A program made the translations under genes and the position numbers. From positions 546,386 through 610,385 of the forward strand of contig JAQUSJ010000001.1 of the NCBI GenBank assembly GCA_028715175.1: 64,000 nt of DNA, in the 5' to 3' direction. Below, piece after piece: positions 17,749 through 26,930 of this stretch; the stretch's first letter is position 1, and each line of letters begins with the position of its first letter. Below the pieces are notes generated by a model. It was not told the DNA's origin and did not search any database. It worked only from the letters and a program-made list of their open reading frames with translations. Source of the stretch: Candidatus Daviesbacteria bacterium. GTDB taxonomy: Bacteria > Patescibacteriota > Microgenomatia > Daviesbacterales > UBA10151.

Positions 17749-17782
17749 AATCACGCAATAATCGCGCAACTTATCGCGCATT
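17749..17782. repeat. 34-bp perfect direct repeat, copy B; contains an ATG in frame with the Fic gene
   Basis: Identical to copy A; both copies are in the same orientation. Confidence 0.85.
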
Positions 17783-17803
17783 AGTCTATGGTAATATCTT
17801 TAC

Positions 17804-19459
17804 ATGCGGGTGAAAATTCTGCTTTTATTTTTTGTTTTCTCTTTTCTTTTTAAAACCGACCACTCATTTGACCAGGATTTGGGACGGCATTTAAAACTGG
17901 GTGAAATTATCTGGCAAACTAAAAACGTACCCCCAACCAACCTATTTTCTTATACATATCCTGATTTCCCGTTTATTAACAGCCATTGGTTGTTTGAAGT
18001 CCTGGTATATCTGGGACAACAAACAATCGGTCTGCAAGCAGTTTTGGTTCTAAAAATTCTTACCATACTGTTGGCTGTTTGGTTAGTTCTTGAAACAATC
18101 CCTAAAAAACAATACTTACTGCTGCCTGTTGCCTTTATTTTTTTACATACCCTAAGAGAAAGACCGGAGTTGAGACCGGAGATATTCAGCTTCCTTTTTA
18201 CAGCTCTTACTATTTATCTTTTAGATAAATTTGAAAAAACCAGAACCAAGTTGGTCAGCTTATTGCCGGTAATTCAACTTCTTTGGGTCAATATTCATAT
18301 TTATTTCATCATCGGCATTATCCTGCAAGCAATTTTCTTACTACATCTAAGTTACCAATACTTACGTTTACACCCCAAGGGTGTAAAGCTAAAGTTACTG
18401 GGAATTATTTTTACACTCTCGGTAGCGGTAAGTCTTATCAATCCTAGCGGATTGAAAGGGGTACTAAACCCCTTTCTCTATAGTACAAATTACGGCTATA
18501 CCATTGTTGAAAACCAGACAATGTTCCTCCTGGAAAGCATCAATTTTAGAAACCCTAATTTTTTGTTTGTAAAACTAGCCTCTGCGGCTATTCTTTTATC
18601 AATCGCAGTAGCCTTGTTTAAAAAAAGGCTTTTGATTAAAAATCTTCTTCTTGCCGTTTTTGGGCTAACTCTTGCCTTAGCGAATGTACGTAGCTTCCCT
18701 TATCTTGTATTCATTTCACTACCGGCAATTTTGGAAAATTTCGGTACACCCAAACTCACTCTGTTGCACAAGTTTTTTATTGTAATAACAGTTCCGCTGC
18801 TTTGTTTAGAAAGCTTTTTCTATTTAAACGGGGATTATTATCAATACACCAGCAGCGACAACCGGCCAAGATTAGAATTTAAAGAAAGCGGCAAGAATGC
18901 TTTGGATTTTGTTTTAAAAAATGATTTGCCTCAACCTGTTTTTAACAATTTTGATATCGGAAGCTACATTACATATCGTGGCTGGCCCAAATACCGTGTT
19001 TTTATTGACGGCAGACCGGGGGAGTATCCTAAAGAATTTTTCCAAAGTGTTTATATTCCGATGCAATCGGACCCGCAAAAATTCAAGGAGGTAGAACAAA
19101 AATTTGGCTTTAAGACCATTATTTTTTCCCACACAGATCAAACCCCCTGGGGAAAAGCTTTTTTAGCATCAATAGTCAAAGATCCTGACTGGAAAATAGT
19201 TTATGTAGATGATTTTATGATTATACTAGTAAAAAACAATGTTGTAGCCTCGCAAGGCCTAGCCTTGCAAACTCTTAGTCCGGTTACTTATTCTTTTGAT
19301 TCTTATGTTTCTTATCTCAGACTATCTTTATTCCTGGCTCAAACCGGAAACCCTCAGTCTGCCCAAAAGTTTGCTGAGAAAGCATTATCTCTTTTTCCAA
19401 AAAGCCCTTTGGGCAATGCCCTTTTTGGAATCAGTACCCCAAACAAATTCTTCTGGTAA
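17804..19459 (+). CDS. Hypothetical polytopic membrane protein (possibly GT-C-like) with a TPR-like C-terminus; carries a family-1 palindromic insert
   Basis: About 10 TM helices and a C-terminal AQTGNPQSAQKFAEKALSLFPKSP. The insert encodes LRLHPKGVKL. Confidence 0.55.
   Translation: MRVKILLLFFVFSFLFKTDHSFDQDLGRHLKLGEIIWQTKNVPPTNLFSYTYPDFPFINSHWLFEVLVYLGQQTIGLQAVLVLKILTILLAVWLVLETIPKKQYLLLPVAFIFLHTLRERPELRPEIFSFLFTALTIYLLDKFEKTRTKLVSLLPVIQLLWVNIHIYFIIGIILQAIFLLHLSYQYLRLHPKGVKLKLLGIIFTLSVAVSLINPSGLKGVLNPFLYSTNYGYTIVENQTMFLLESINFRNPNFLFVKLASAAILLSIAVALFKKRLLIKNLLLAVFGLTLALANVRSFPYLVFISLPAILENFGTPKLTLLHKFFIVITVPLLCLESFFYLNGDYYQYTSSDNRPRLEFKESGKNALDFVLKNDLPQPVFNNFDIGSYITYRGWPKYRVFIDGRPGEYPKEFFQSVYIPMQSDPQKFKEVEQKFGFKTIIFSHTDQTPWGKAFLASIVKDPDWKIVYVDDFMIILVKNNVVASQGLALQTLSPVTYSFDSYVSYLRLSLFLAQTGNPQSAQKFAEKALSLFPKSPLGNALFGISTPNKFFW
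18365..18393. repeat. Family-1 in-frame palindromic element, copy 1 (cgTTTACACCCcaaGGGTGTAAagctaaa) inside a membrane-protein gene
   Basis: 8-bp perfect stem / 3-nt loop hairpin; 29/29 identical to 37209..37237; encodes RLHPKGVKLK. Confidence 0.8.
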
Positions 19460-19476
19460 AACTAATGGTGTGTGCG

Positions 19477-19499
19477 TATCCCACCCCAGGGGTGGGATA
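19477..19499. terminator. Perfect 11-bp-stem hairpin (tatcccacccc-a-ggggtgggata) between convergent genes; candidate bidirectional terminator, but no clear U-tract
   Basis: Palindrome read directly; it lies 18 nt after the stop of 17804..19459 and 18 nt before the stop of 19517..20425. Confidence 0.35.
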
Positions 19500-19516
19500 G
19501 GTTGACACCGTATCTT

Positions 19517-20425
19517 TTAAGCTAAGGCTTTTTTGGATTTTAGGAAGAAATAACCTACTACCAGAGCTGTTACAACAGGAGAGAGCCAGGAGGGGATATG
19601 AAAACCAAAACTATCCAAAACCATGATTACTCCCAAAAAGAAAATTGAATACATGGCCCCGTTTTTTAAAAAAATATACTTTTTAATTCTGTCTATATTA
19701 TGAATTGTAATCTCCCTGACTACAAAAGCACCAATCCCGTTGCCTATTAGAATTAAGGGGACTACAAGGGTAAAAGCAAAGGCTCCGATTACTCCATCTA
19801 TGGAAAAAGTAGCATCAATTACTTCCAAATAAAATAGCTTGCTTAAATCAGACCTGCCGGAAGAAAAAAGTTTTTTTTCCTGATCCTGGGCATTTTGCTT
19901 AAACCCATGGGTGATAAAAAAAGCAGTTGAGCCCACCACTGCTCCAAAAGCCATTAAGGGATTTACCTTTAGCGCAAACCAGACAACCGCAGATAAAATT
20001 ACGGAGGTAACTGCATAGAACCAGACGCCCTGAGAAAGCAGGAACCGCTCACCCCTGAGGCCAAAATTCTTAGTTTCCAAAAACAGCCAGTGAAAAAAGA
20101 GAAAAATCAAAAAAGTGCCCCCGCCGATTAGTAAAACAGGCGCCGAACTCTCAATTGCCTCCACCACCACAGGGTCGCTTGAAAAAGTTGCTGACAAAAT
20201 ACCCGCAACCCCTAAATCAGGGTTGGCAATCCAGACTATCAAAAAAGGCAGCAATCCTCTTATCAAAAAAACGGCTATCAGTAAACCCCAAAGAAGAAAC
20301 CATCTTTTAGCCCTCTCTCCCATGGTCGATAAAACCTGGGCATTAATAATGGCATTGTCCACCGAAGAGATAGTTTCAAATAAAACCAGGCCGGAAACTA
20401 TTAAAATTATGGTTAAAATATCCAC
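19517..20425 (-). CDS. TerC/DUF475-family integral membrane protein
   Basis: N-terminal LVLFETISSVDNAIINAQVL matches the TerC-family (E..LS.DNA.V) motif; multiple TM helices. Confidence 0.5.
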   Translation of the reverse strand: MDILTIILIVSGLVLFETISSVDNAIINAQVLSTMGERAKRWFLLWGLLIAVFLIRGLLPFLIVWIANPDLGVAGILSATFSSDPVVVEAIESSAPVLLIGGGTFLIFLFFHWLFLETKNFGLRGERFLLSQGVWFYAVTSVILSAVVWFALKVNPLMAFGAVVGSTAFFITHGFKQNAQDQEKKLFSSGRSDLSKLFYLEVIDATFSIDGVIGAFAFTLVVPLILIGNGIGAFVVREITIHNIDRIKKYIFLKNGAMYSIFFLGVIMVLDSFGFHIPSWLSPVVTALVVGYFFLKSKKALA

Positions 20426-20445
20426 TTGTTTTATTATATACTAAG

Positions 20446-21738
20446 ATGGTGAAATTTAAGATTCCCAAGTCCTTTCCAAAGACTTTTATTATACTTTTAG
20501 TGGTTTTTGCTTTGGGCGTTGGTGTTGGACAAAAATTCATCGGGATCACCCAAAATAAACCTCAGGTAAACTTTGAGAAAAATACCCCGAAGGCTTTTAC
20601 TTCCGAAATCTATGACAAGATTAAAGAAAATTATTGGAATAATATCTCTGACGGCGAACTGCTGGATCTTTTTAGATTATCCATAGACAAAAATGGCGGC
20701 AGTACCGGCGTTGCCAAATTTGAAAACAAAGAAAAATTGCTGGAAACTATCAATAAATCAATCTCAGGCATGGATGAGGATCAAAGAAATAAATTCCTGG
20801 TCTCCGTTGCCGGAGTGGTTTTAAATTCATTAACCCCCCAGGGCAGATCCGGATTGTTTACTGAAAAACAGGAAGCGCAGCTTAAAAATACTGTTTCCAA
20901 TATTAATCCGGAAAAAGATTTATATAAAGATTTAAGGTTAGCCAAAGGGGCCTCTGAGGCAGCAGTACAACAGGCTTATCAAACAGAAGAGGCCAAATTA
21001 GCTAATGATAAATCACCCGAAGCAAAGGAAAAGTTGAAGCAAATTGCTTATGCCAGGGACACTTTAACCCAAAAAGATACCAAACAAAGATATGATCAAA
21101 ATCAAGTAGAACCCACTATTTTTGCAAAAATTGTCCCGCCGGCTACCTTATATGTGGAATTTAAAAAATTCTCGCCCACTTCTTTAGAGGAATTTCAAAA
21201 AGCTTTTGACAGTTATAAAGACCAACAGCTTAACGCCTTAATCTTTGACCTTAGGGGAAATATCGGCGGAGCTATTGATGCCACTGCCTACTTTTTAGGT
21301 TTTTTCCTGGGAAAAGACCAGTACGCGTTTGATTTTTACCATAAAGGCGAATATCTGCCATTTAAGACTGCTGCGGATAAGCTAGCCAGCCTTTCTAAAT
21401 ATAAACAGGTAGTAGTGTTGGTGGACCAAAACTCACAATCTTCTGCCGAGATGATAACAGCGTCTTTGAAAAAATATCATGCGGGAGTGGTGATAGGAGT
21501 TCCTACTAAAGGATGGGGGACGGTTGAGAGGGTTTTCCCCCTGGATAACCAAATCAGCCAGAATGAAAAATACTCACTGTTTTTAGTTCATTCTGTAACT
21601 TTAAGGGATGATAATCAGCCGATTGAGGGCCGGGGAGTAGACCCGGATATCAGCATTAAAGATCCGGCATGGCCGCAAAAACTGCTTTTATATTTTAACA
21701 ATCAAACTTTAGTTGATGCAGTAAAAACAGTGCTATAA
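20446..21738 (+). CDS. S41-family (C-terminal processing) peptidase with an N-terminal TM helix and a degenerate J-like segment
   Basis: LIFDLRGNIGGAID (S41 IDLRnNgGG-like) and SQSSAEMIT (catalytic GxSASA.E). The mid-region KDLYKDLRLAKGASEAAVQQAYQ...AYARDTL is J-domain-like without HPD. Confidence 0.6.
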   Translation: MVKFKIPKSFPKTFIILLVVFALGVGVGQKFIGITQNKPQVNFEKNTPKAFTSEIYDKIKENYWNNISDGELLDLFRLSIDKNGGSTGVAKFENKEKLLETINKSISGMDEDQRNKFLVSVAGVVLNSLTPQGRSGLFTEKQEAQLKNTVSNINPEKDLYKDLRLAKGASEAAVQQAYQTEEAKLANDKSPEAKEKLKQIAYARDTLTQKDTKQRYDQNQVEPTIFAKIVPPATLYVEFKKFSPTSLEEFQKAFDSYKDQQLNALIFDLRGNIGGAIDATAYFLGFFLGKDQYAFDFYHKGEYLPFKTAADKLASLSKYKQVVVLVDQNSQSSAEMITASLKKYHAGVVIGVPTKGWGTVERVFPLDNQISQNEKYSLFLVHSVTLRDDNQPIEGRGVDPDISIKDPAWPQKLLLYFNNQTLVDAVKTVL

Positions 21739-21745
21739 TAGTATC

Positions 21746-22144
21746 TTGGAGGTGATAGAAATGGCAGGTTATATCATCAATATTGAAGAAAAAACGCTCC
21801 AGAATGACTATTTTCGTGAAGTTTTATTTACTGCCCCCCATAGCCAGCTGGTGGTGATGAGTCTTTTGCCCGGTGAAGAAATTGGCATGGAAGTGCATGA
21901 AACTGTTGACCAGTTTTTGCGGATCGAAGAAGGGGAGGGAAAAGCTATTCTAAACGGAGAAGAACATCCCATCTCAGATGGTTTTGCAATTGTCGTGCCG
22001 GCAGGGACACAGCACAATGTCGTTAATACGTCTGCGGATAAAAAGCTTAAGCTGTATACAATTTACAGCCCGGCTGAGCACAGGGATAAAACTGTTCACA
22101 AAACTAAACAGGAAGCTCTTGCAGATACAGAAGACCATCCGTAA
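21746..22144 (+). CDS. Cupin-domain protein
   Basis: SLLPGEEIGMEVHETVDQFLRIEEGEGKAILNGEEHPISDGFAIVVPAGTQHNVVN shows the two cupin motifs. Confidence 0.65.
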   Translation: MEVIEMAGYIINIEEKTLQNDYFREVLFTAPHSQLVVMSLLPGEEIGMEVHETVDQFLRIEEGEGKAILNGEEHPISDGFAIVVPAGTQHNVVNTSADKKLKLYTIYSPAEHRDKTVHKTKQEALADTEDHP

Positions 22145-22150
22145 TATACT

Positions 22151-22837
22151 ATGTTCGGGTCATTGCTGCTACTTTTGACGCTCGTTTTAAATTCGTGGAC
22201 CTGGCAACTGGTTAAACAGAATCTGTTTTTAGCCTTTATTCTTTTAACAATAACAATATCCCTTTTTGCTTTAACATTTGCCGCAGAAAAATCTTTACGG
22301 AAGATTGCTTTTTTAGTACTTTTGTTAACTTTTTGCGTAGGGTCTTTTTACTTTTTACAGGGAAATTTTGACAGATCGCTAAGAGAAAAAAATCCGACTG
22401 AAGTAAGTATTGCTCTAAAACGGCATGGTTATTTCGCTGAGGGGTTAGGGAAGTTGTTTACCAATAAATTCAGTTTACAGTTTTTTAGCAACTGGTACTA
22501 TCCGATTACCAACTATTCAAGAAACATTTCTTATAGCATTGATCCAAATCTGTATTTTTTTATGAGTCACCCCAGAGAAAAATCAGGTATTGATGAATTC
22601 GGGAAATATTCACCGCTGCTGTTGCCTGTTTTTTTACTGGGGCTATTTACTCATTTTCTATCTTTGAGCAAATACAAAACATTAACCGCCTATTTAATTA
22701 CAGCAATAATCATAACCGGTTTTGCAACTCCATATTATAAATTAGGACCGGTTTTTTTATTTCCTTATCTTAATCTGATAATAGTACTGGGAGGAATAAA
22801 TTTCTTAAATTTTGTAAGAAAAAAATATGAAACTTAA
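22151..22837 (+). CDS. Hypothetical membrane protein
   Basis: Multiple TM helices; overlaps the next gene by 11 nt. Confidence 0.5.
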   Translation: MFGSLLLLLTLVLNSWTWQLVKQNLFLAFILLTITISLFALTFAAEKSLRKIAFLVLLLTFCVGSFYFLQGNFDRSLREKNPTEVSIALKRHGYFAEGLGKLFTNKFSLQFFSNWYYPITNYSRNISYSIDPNLYFFMSHPREKSGIDEFGKYSPLLLPVFLLGLFTHFLSLSKYKTLTAYLITAIIITGFATPYYKLGPVFLFPYLNLIIVLGGINFLNFVRKKYET

Positions 22838-24464
22838 AGAAATCATGGCAGTTACTCTTATTATAGCAATGACGGCTTTAGTCAGGTTAACGACTTTGGA
22901 TCAAGTACCGGCAGGACTGTATGTAGACGAGGCCTCAATAGGCTACAATGCTTTTTCGATCGTTGAAACAGGTAAAGATGAGTACGGCAAACCTTTCCCG
23001 CTGTTTTTTAGGTCTTTTGCCACTTTTCAGGCCCCTCTTTATACATATCTAACAACCATCCCAATTTTGATTTTTGGATTAAATATATTTTCGGTACGGC
23101 TTGTTTCCGCTCTGTCGGGAATTTTACTTATTTTGATAACCTACTTTTTTGTAAAAAAATTGCAAACTAAAAACAGCACAAAACTTGCTTTTTTATCCAT
23201 TGTTGTTTTGGGATTTTCTCCCTGGGCAATATTTCAAAGCCGTGTCGCCGTTGAAGCAAATTTGGCTCTTACATTACTTATCCTCAGTTTGTATATATTC
23301 TTATTGTCACTTAAAAAGATTATTTATTTTGTTCCGGCTTGCATAACTTTAGCTATATCCAGTTATGCATATCACGGCCAGAGAATACTGGTCTTTGTTT
23401 TTTTGGCCTTTATTCTGCTTTGGTTTAATAAATATTTACGAGATCACAAAAGATTTGTAGCGTTGGGCGTTGGGTTTTTTCTTTTGATTTTAATACCGCA
23501 ACTATTGCTTTCCACCACCTCCGGATCTTTACAACGATTCAGCACGCAAGGATATATGCAACAGGAAGTTTTTGAAAAATTTGGAGCCGGCTTCAAGCAA
23601 ATTCCATTAGCTGGAAGATATTTATACATAACCAGAAAATTTGTTGCTCAGTATATTTCTTCTTATTCTCCACGGAGTTTATTTTTTGAACCGGAAAATC
23701 AGCTTTTCCGGTCAATGTCTAACTTAAGTACTTTTTATATTTGGATGATCATACCTTTTTTTCTAGGAATAAAACAGATCTGGGAAAATAAAAACGACCC
23801 GGTTATCAGGCTTATTTTAGCTTGTATTGTTTTAGGTCCGCTACCTGCCACACTGACAGGAGACCCATTCTATACCTTAAGAATGCTGCCAATGCTCTGG
23901 GGGTTAAGTATTTTAATCGCCTTTGGACTTTTTTATATTTTTAAAAAGATGCATTTAAAATTTTTTAAGTTAGGATTAGGTTTGTTGCTTATTGCGCTGT
24001 CTTGTTTTATGTTCTATACCTCATACTTTATCCTGTTTAAGAAAGAAAGATCATCTGCTTTTGGGCAACCATATTTAAAATTTGCCCAACAAACCGAACA
24101 AATGAAAGATAAAAAATTCCTTTTGGATTCTGAAATGTATGATGCGCCATACATTTTAATGGCTTTCTACAAAAAACTTGATCCTTTCAAGATGCAGCTG
24201 CAAACTGATCCGGTTTTGCTAAAGGATTATTATACAAATACCGGCTTTAACAAATACCGGGTAGTTGAAAATGTGGCTGTAAAACCGCTGAATTGGTCTT
24301 TAGATCCTTGTATAGATCAAATCATAGTGGGGGATGCAGGAACATTATCAGAAAGTCAGGCAAATGAACATTTCTTTACGCTGGTTTCAGAATATAAAGA
24401 CCTGGAAGGAAAAATAATTTTATGGGCATATCAAACTAACCCGGTAAAAGCCTGTAAAAAATAA
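22827..24464 (+). CDS. GT-C fold glycosyltransferase, family 39/83-like (ArnT/PMT-type)
   Basis: First-loop DE motif in LYVDEASIGYNAFSIVETGKDEYGKPFPLFFRSF, followed by 10+ TM helices. Confidence 0.6.
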   Translation: MKLKEIMAVTLIIAMTALVRLTTLDQVPAGLYVDEASIGYNAFSIVETGKDEYGKPFPLFFRSFATFQAPLYTYLTTIPILIFGLNIFSVRLVSALSGILLILITYFFVKKLQTKNSTKLAFLSIVVLGFSPWAIFQSRVAVEANLALTLLILSLYIFLLSLKKIIYFVPACITLAISSYAYHGQRILVFVFLAFILLWFNKYLRDHKRFVALGVGFFLLILIPQLLLSTTSGSLQRFSTQGYMQQEVFEKFGAGFKQIPLAGRYLYITRKFVAQYISSYSPRSLFFEPENQLFRSMSNLSTFYIWMIIPFFLGIKQIWENKNDPVIRLILACIVLGPLPATLTGDPFYTLRMLPMLWGLSILIAFGLFYIFKKMHLKFFKLGLGLLLIALSCFMFYTSYFILFKKERSSAFGQPYLKFAQQTEQMKDKKFLLDSEMYDAPYILMAFYKKLDPFKMQLQTDPVLLKDYYTNTGFNKYRVVENVAVKPLNWSLDPCIDQIIVGDAGTLSESQANEHFFTLVSEYKDLEGKIILWAYQTNPVKACKK

Positions 24465-24478
24465 AGTCTTAAGAATAA

Positions 24479-24709
24479 TTATTTTTTACTGTGTAAACCC
24501 AGGAGACTTACGATGAAAACAACCAGATACATTACTAATCCATAAACACAAGCGGGCAAACCTGCAATCGGCTTAGAATTCACCCCACAGCTGACAAACA
24601 AAAAATTACAGCTACCAACAAAAAGTTCCTGGTAGGAAAGGAAGCCTGAAAAAAGAATTCCTATCAAGGAGATAATTAAGATTACTTTTAATGCTCTTTC
24701 TTTTACCAT
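24479..24709 (-). CDS. Small hypothetical membrane protein
   Basis: 76 aa with two TM helices. Confidence 0.35.
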   Translation of the reverse strand: MVKERALKVILIISLIGILFSGFLSYQELFVGSCNFLFVSCGVNSKPIAGLPACVYGLVMYLVVFIVSLLGLHSKK

Positions 24710-24836
24710 TATATTTAGTATTTCACTTTAATTTTCCCCCGTCAAGCATGGCGGAACAAAGAATTGCTGTAACAGGAAATCTCAATTGACACACTTTTAG
24801 GAAGTCTGAATTGATACAACTAGAGACCAGTAAACT

Positions 24837-24903
24837 GTCATTCTGGGGAACGAAGTGACTCCAGAATCAAACCTAGAAAGGATTCTGGACAAGCCAGAAT
24901 GAC
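24837..24903. promoter_or_regulatory. Structured intergenic element with four ATTCTGG/CCAGAAT arms (outer 10-bp arms gtcattctgg/ccagaatgac; inner 8-bp arms ccagaatc/gattctgg)
   Basis: Read directly from the sequence. It allows either one nested long hairpin or two tandem 7-bp hairpins, and lies about 135-200 nt upstream of the efflux operon start. Confidence 0.4.
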
Positions 24904-24925
24904 ATGGTTAATAACAAGCTAATTT

Positions 24926-24968
24926 GTTACATTTGAGATTTCCGTTTTATGTAACATTTCAGATTTCC
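24926..24968. promoter_or_regulatory. Two 18-bp direct repeats (GTTACATTTGAGATTTCC / GTAACATTTCAGATTTCC) with 25-bp periodicity; candidate operator
   Basis: 16/18 identity; located 70-110 nt upstream of ATG 25037. Confidence 0.35.
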
Positions 24969-25036
24969 CTTAACAATCTAAGGATTAGACAAAAAGTGCC
25001 GGAAATGCGAAAATAATTAATATTAAGATTAAGAAA

Positions 25037-26221
25037 ATGTTGAAAAAAATAGTTAATTTTATTCCCGGGGCAATTGGCTGGTTTTTCAAGACTTCATGGA
25101 AGAAGAAGCTTGTTGTTACTCTGCTGATTTTGATTGCCGGTTTTTTTATAGGTTATAAAATCATTTCCGGCAGTAAAGAAGGATATACTTTGGGCACAGT
25201 CCAAAAACATACTGTAACTGAAATAGTTACCGAATCGGGTATTGTCGCTACAAACGGCAGTGTAAATATTTACTCTCCAACTAACGGGGTAATTGATCAG
25301 GTTTTTGTGGCAAATGGGGAAAGTATTAACGAAAATCAAGTACTGTTTACCGTCAAAAGTACCGCGACCTCGCAAGAGAAGACTACAGCATATGCCGCTT
25401 ACGAGGCTGCAGTAGCGGCTGTCAAACAAGCGGAGAATACTCACCGTGAGACTTTAGCAACAGTAGAACGTGTCCATGATGATGTTAAAAATCACAGTAA
25501 GGATGAGTCTTTCCTGCAAAAAGAGACCCGGACTACTGCGGAGGTAGCTAATGATAATGCTTATGACGCTCTGACAGCTGCGCGTGCGAAGTTACTTTCC
25601 GCCCAAGTTGCGTATCAGGCAACACAAAATTCGAAAGTTGTAGCACCGGTTTCCGGTACGGTTTCTAACCTGTCTGTGGTTAAAGGAAGCAGTGTGGTTG
25701 TAAATAACGTTCTTGTCCCGACTGTACCGGTATTGGTAATTAGCGGTCCAGGAGAAACTGAAATAGTGGTATCTGTTGGTGAAAATGACATCGATAAGAT
25801 AAAAACCGGTCAGGAAGTTGAAATTAAACTGGATGCGATAGATGACAGGATTTACAAAGGTATGGTCAAGAGGTTTGATAATAATGGAACCATAACGCAA
25901 GGCGTTGTTAAGTTTAACGTATATATCATACTAACAGATTCGGATGACAGGATTAAATCCGGGATGACGGCGGACGTCGATATTGTCACGAATAAGCTGA
26001 CAGACGTGCTTGCTGTGCCAAACTCTGCAATAAAACCTTATCAAAAAGGCCGTGCAGTCAGAAAACTAGGAAGCAACGGCAAACTAGAGTTTATACCGGT
26101 TAAAATTGGCCTCCGGGGAAAAGAGTTTACACAAATTATTGAAGGGTTAACAGAAAACCAGGAAATTGTAGTGTCGCTTACCAACGAGAAGACTGGTAGA
26201 AAAAGCCTCTTAGGATTTTAA
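25037..26221 (+). CDS. Efflux periplasmic adaptor (HlyD/MacA family)
   Basis: N-terminal TM, coiled-coil region, and beta-barrel motifs (VPNSAIKPYQKGRAV... C-terminal domain); it is the first gene of an ABC efflux operon. Confidence 0.75.
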   Translation: MLKKIVNFIPGAIGWFFKTSWKKKLVVTLLILIAGFFIGYKIISGSKEGYTLGTVQKHTVTEIVTESGIVATNGSVNIYSPTNGVIDQVFVANGESINENQVLFTVKSTATSQEKTTAYAAYEAAVAAVKQAENTHRETLATVERVHDDVKNHSKDESFLQKETRTTAEVANDNAYDALTAARAKLLSAQVAYQATQNSKVVAPVSGTVSNLSVVKGSSVVVNNVLVPTVPVLVISGPGETEIVVSVGENDIDKIKTGQEVEIKLDAIDDRIYKGMVKRFDNNGTITQGVVKFNVYIILTDSDDRIKSGMTADVDIVTNKLTDVLAVPNSAIKPYQKGRAVRKLGSNGKLEFIPVKIGLRGKEFTQIIEGLTENQEIVVSLTNEKTGRKSLLGF

Positions 26222-26223
26222 TA

Positions 26224-26928
26224 ATGATAAAAAATAATATACCCCTTATTAGCCTGGAAGGAGTTATTAAAAGATATCCAATTGGAATAAACGACTATTA
26301 TCAAGCTCTTAACGGTATTGATTTAAAAATCAATGAAGGAGAATTCGTAGCAATTATGGGCCCTTCAGGAAGCGGTAAATCCTCTCTTATGCATATAATA
26401 GGCGCTTTGGACAGAGTCACAGAAGGTAAGCAGTTTTTTAAAGGTAAAAACATAGCCAGCTTCAGTGAAGATCATCTCGCGGAAATAAGAAATAAGGAAA
26501 TCGGTTTCGTATTTCAGTTTTTTAATTTACTTCCCAGGATGACTGTTTTTAAAAATGTTGAGCGTCCGATGCTTTATGGAAAAATTCCGGCCAGTGAGCG
26601 TAAAAAGCGTGTCATGAATGCCTTGAATATTGTGGGTATAGCTGAAAAGGCGGAAAATCTGTCCAATCATATATCCGGAGGTCAGATACAAAGAGTGGCA
26701 ATTGCCAGAGCCTTGATCATGGAACCCTCAGTTATACTCGCAGATGAACCTACAGGGAATTTAGATACCAAAACTGCTCATGAAATTATGAGTATTTTAA
26801 CAAATTTAAATAAGGAAGGTCACACCATTGTAATTATCACTCATGAGGATGATATAGCGAGCTTTGCAAAAAGAAGAATTAGATTAGTTGACGGGAAAAT
26901 TGTGTCAGATACTGATAATAAAAGATAA
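26224..26928 (+). CDS. ABC transporter ATP-binding protein (MacB/LolD-like)
   Basis: Walker A GPSGSGKSS, signature LSGGQIQRVAIARAL, Walker B ILADEPTGNLD. Confidence 0.85.
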   Translation: MIKNNIPLISLEGVIKRYPIGINDYYQALNGIDLKINEGEFVAIMGPSGSGKSSLMHIIGALDRVTEGKQFFKGKNIASFSEDHLAEIRNKEIGFVFQFFNLLPRMTVFKNVERPMLYGKIPASERKKRVMNALNIVGIAEKAENLSNHISGGQIQRVAIARALIMEPSVILADEPTGNLDTKTAHEIMSILTNLNKEGHTIVIITHEDDIASFAKRRIRLVDGKIVSDTDNKR

Positions 26929-26930
26929 TT

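Noticed and set aside
17804-19459. Calling this membrane protein a second ArnT-like GT-C
   Set aside because: No DE/first-loop motif comparable to 22827..24464 could be identified with confidence; left as a hypothetical membrane protein.
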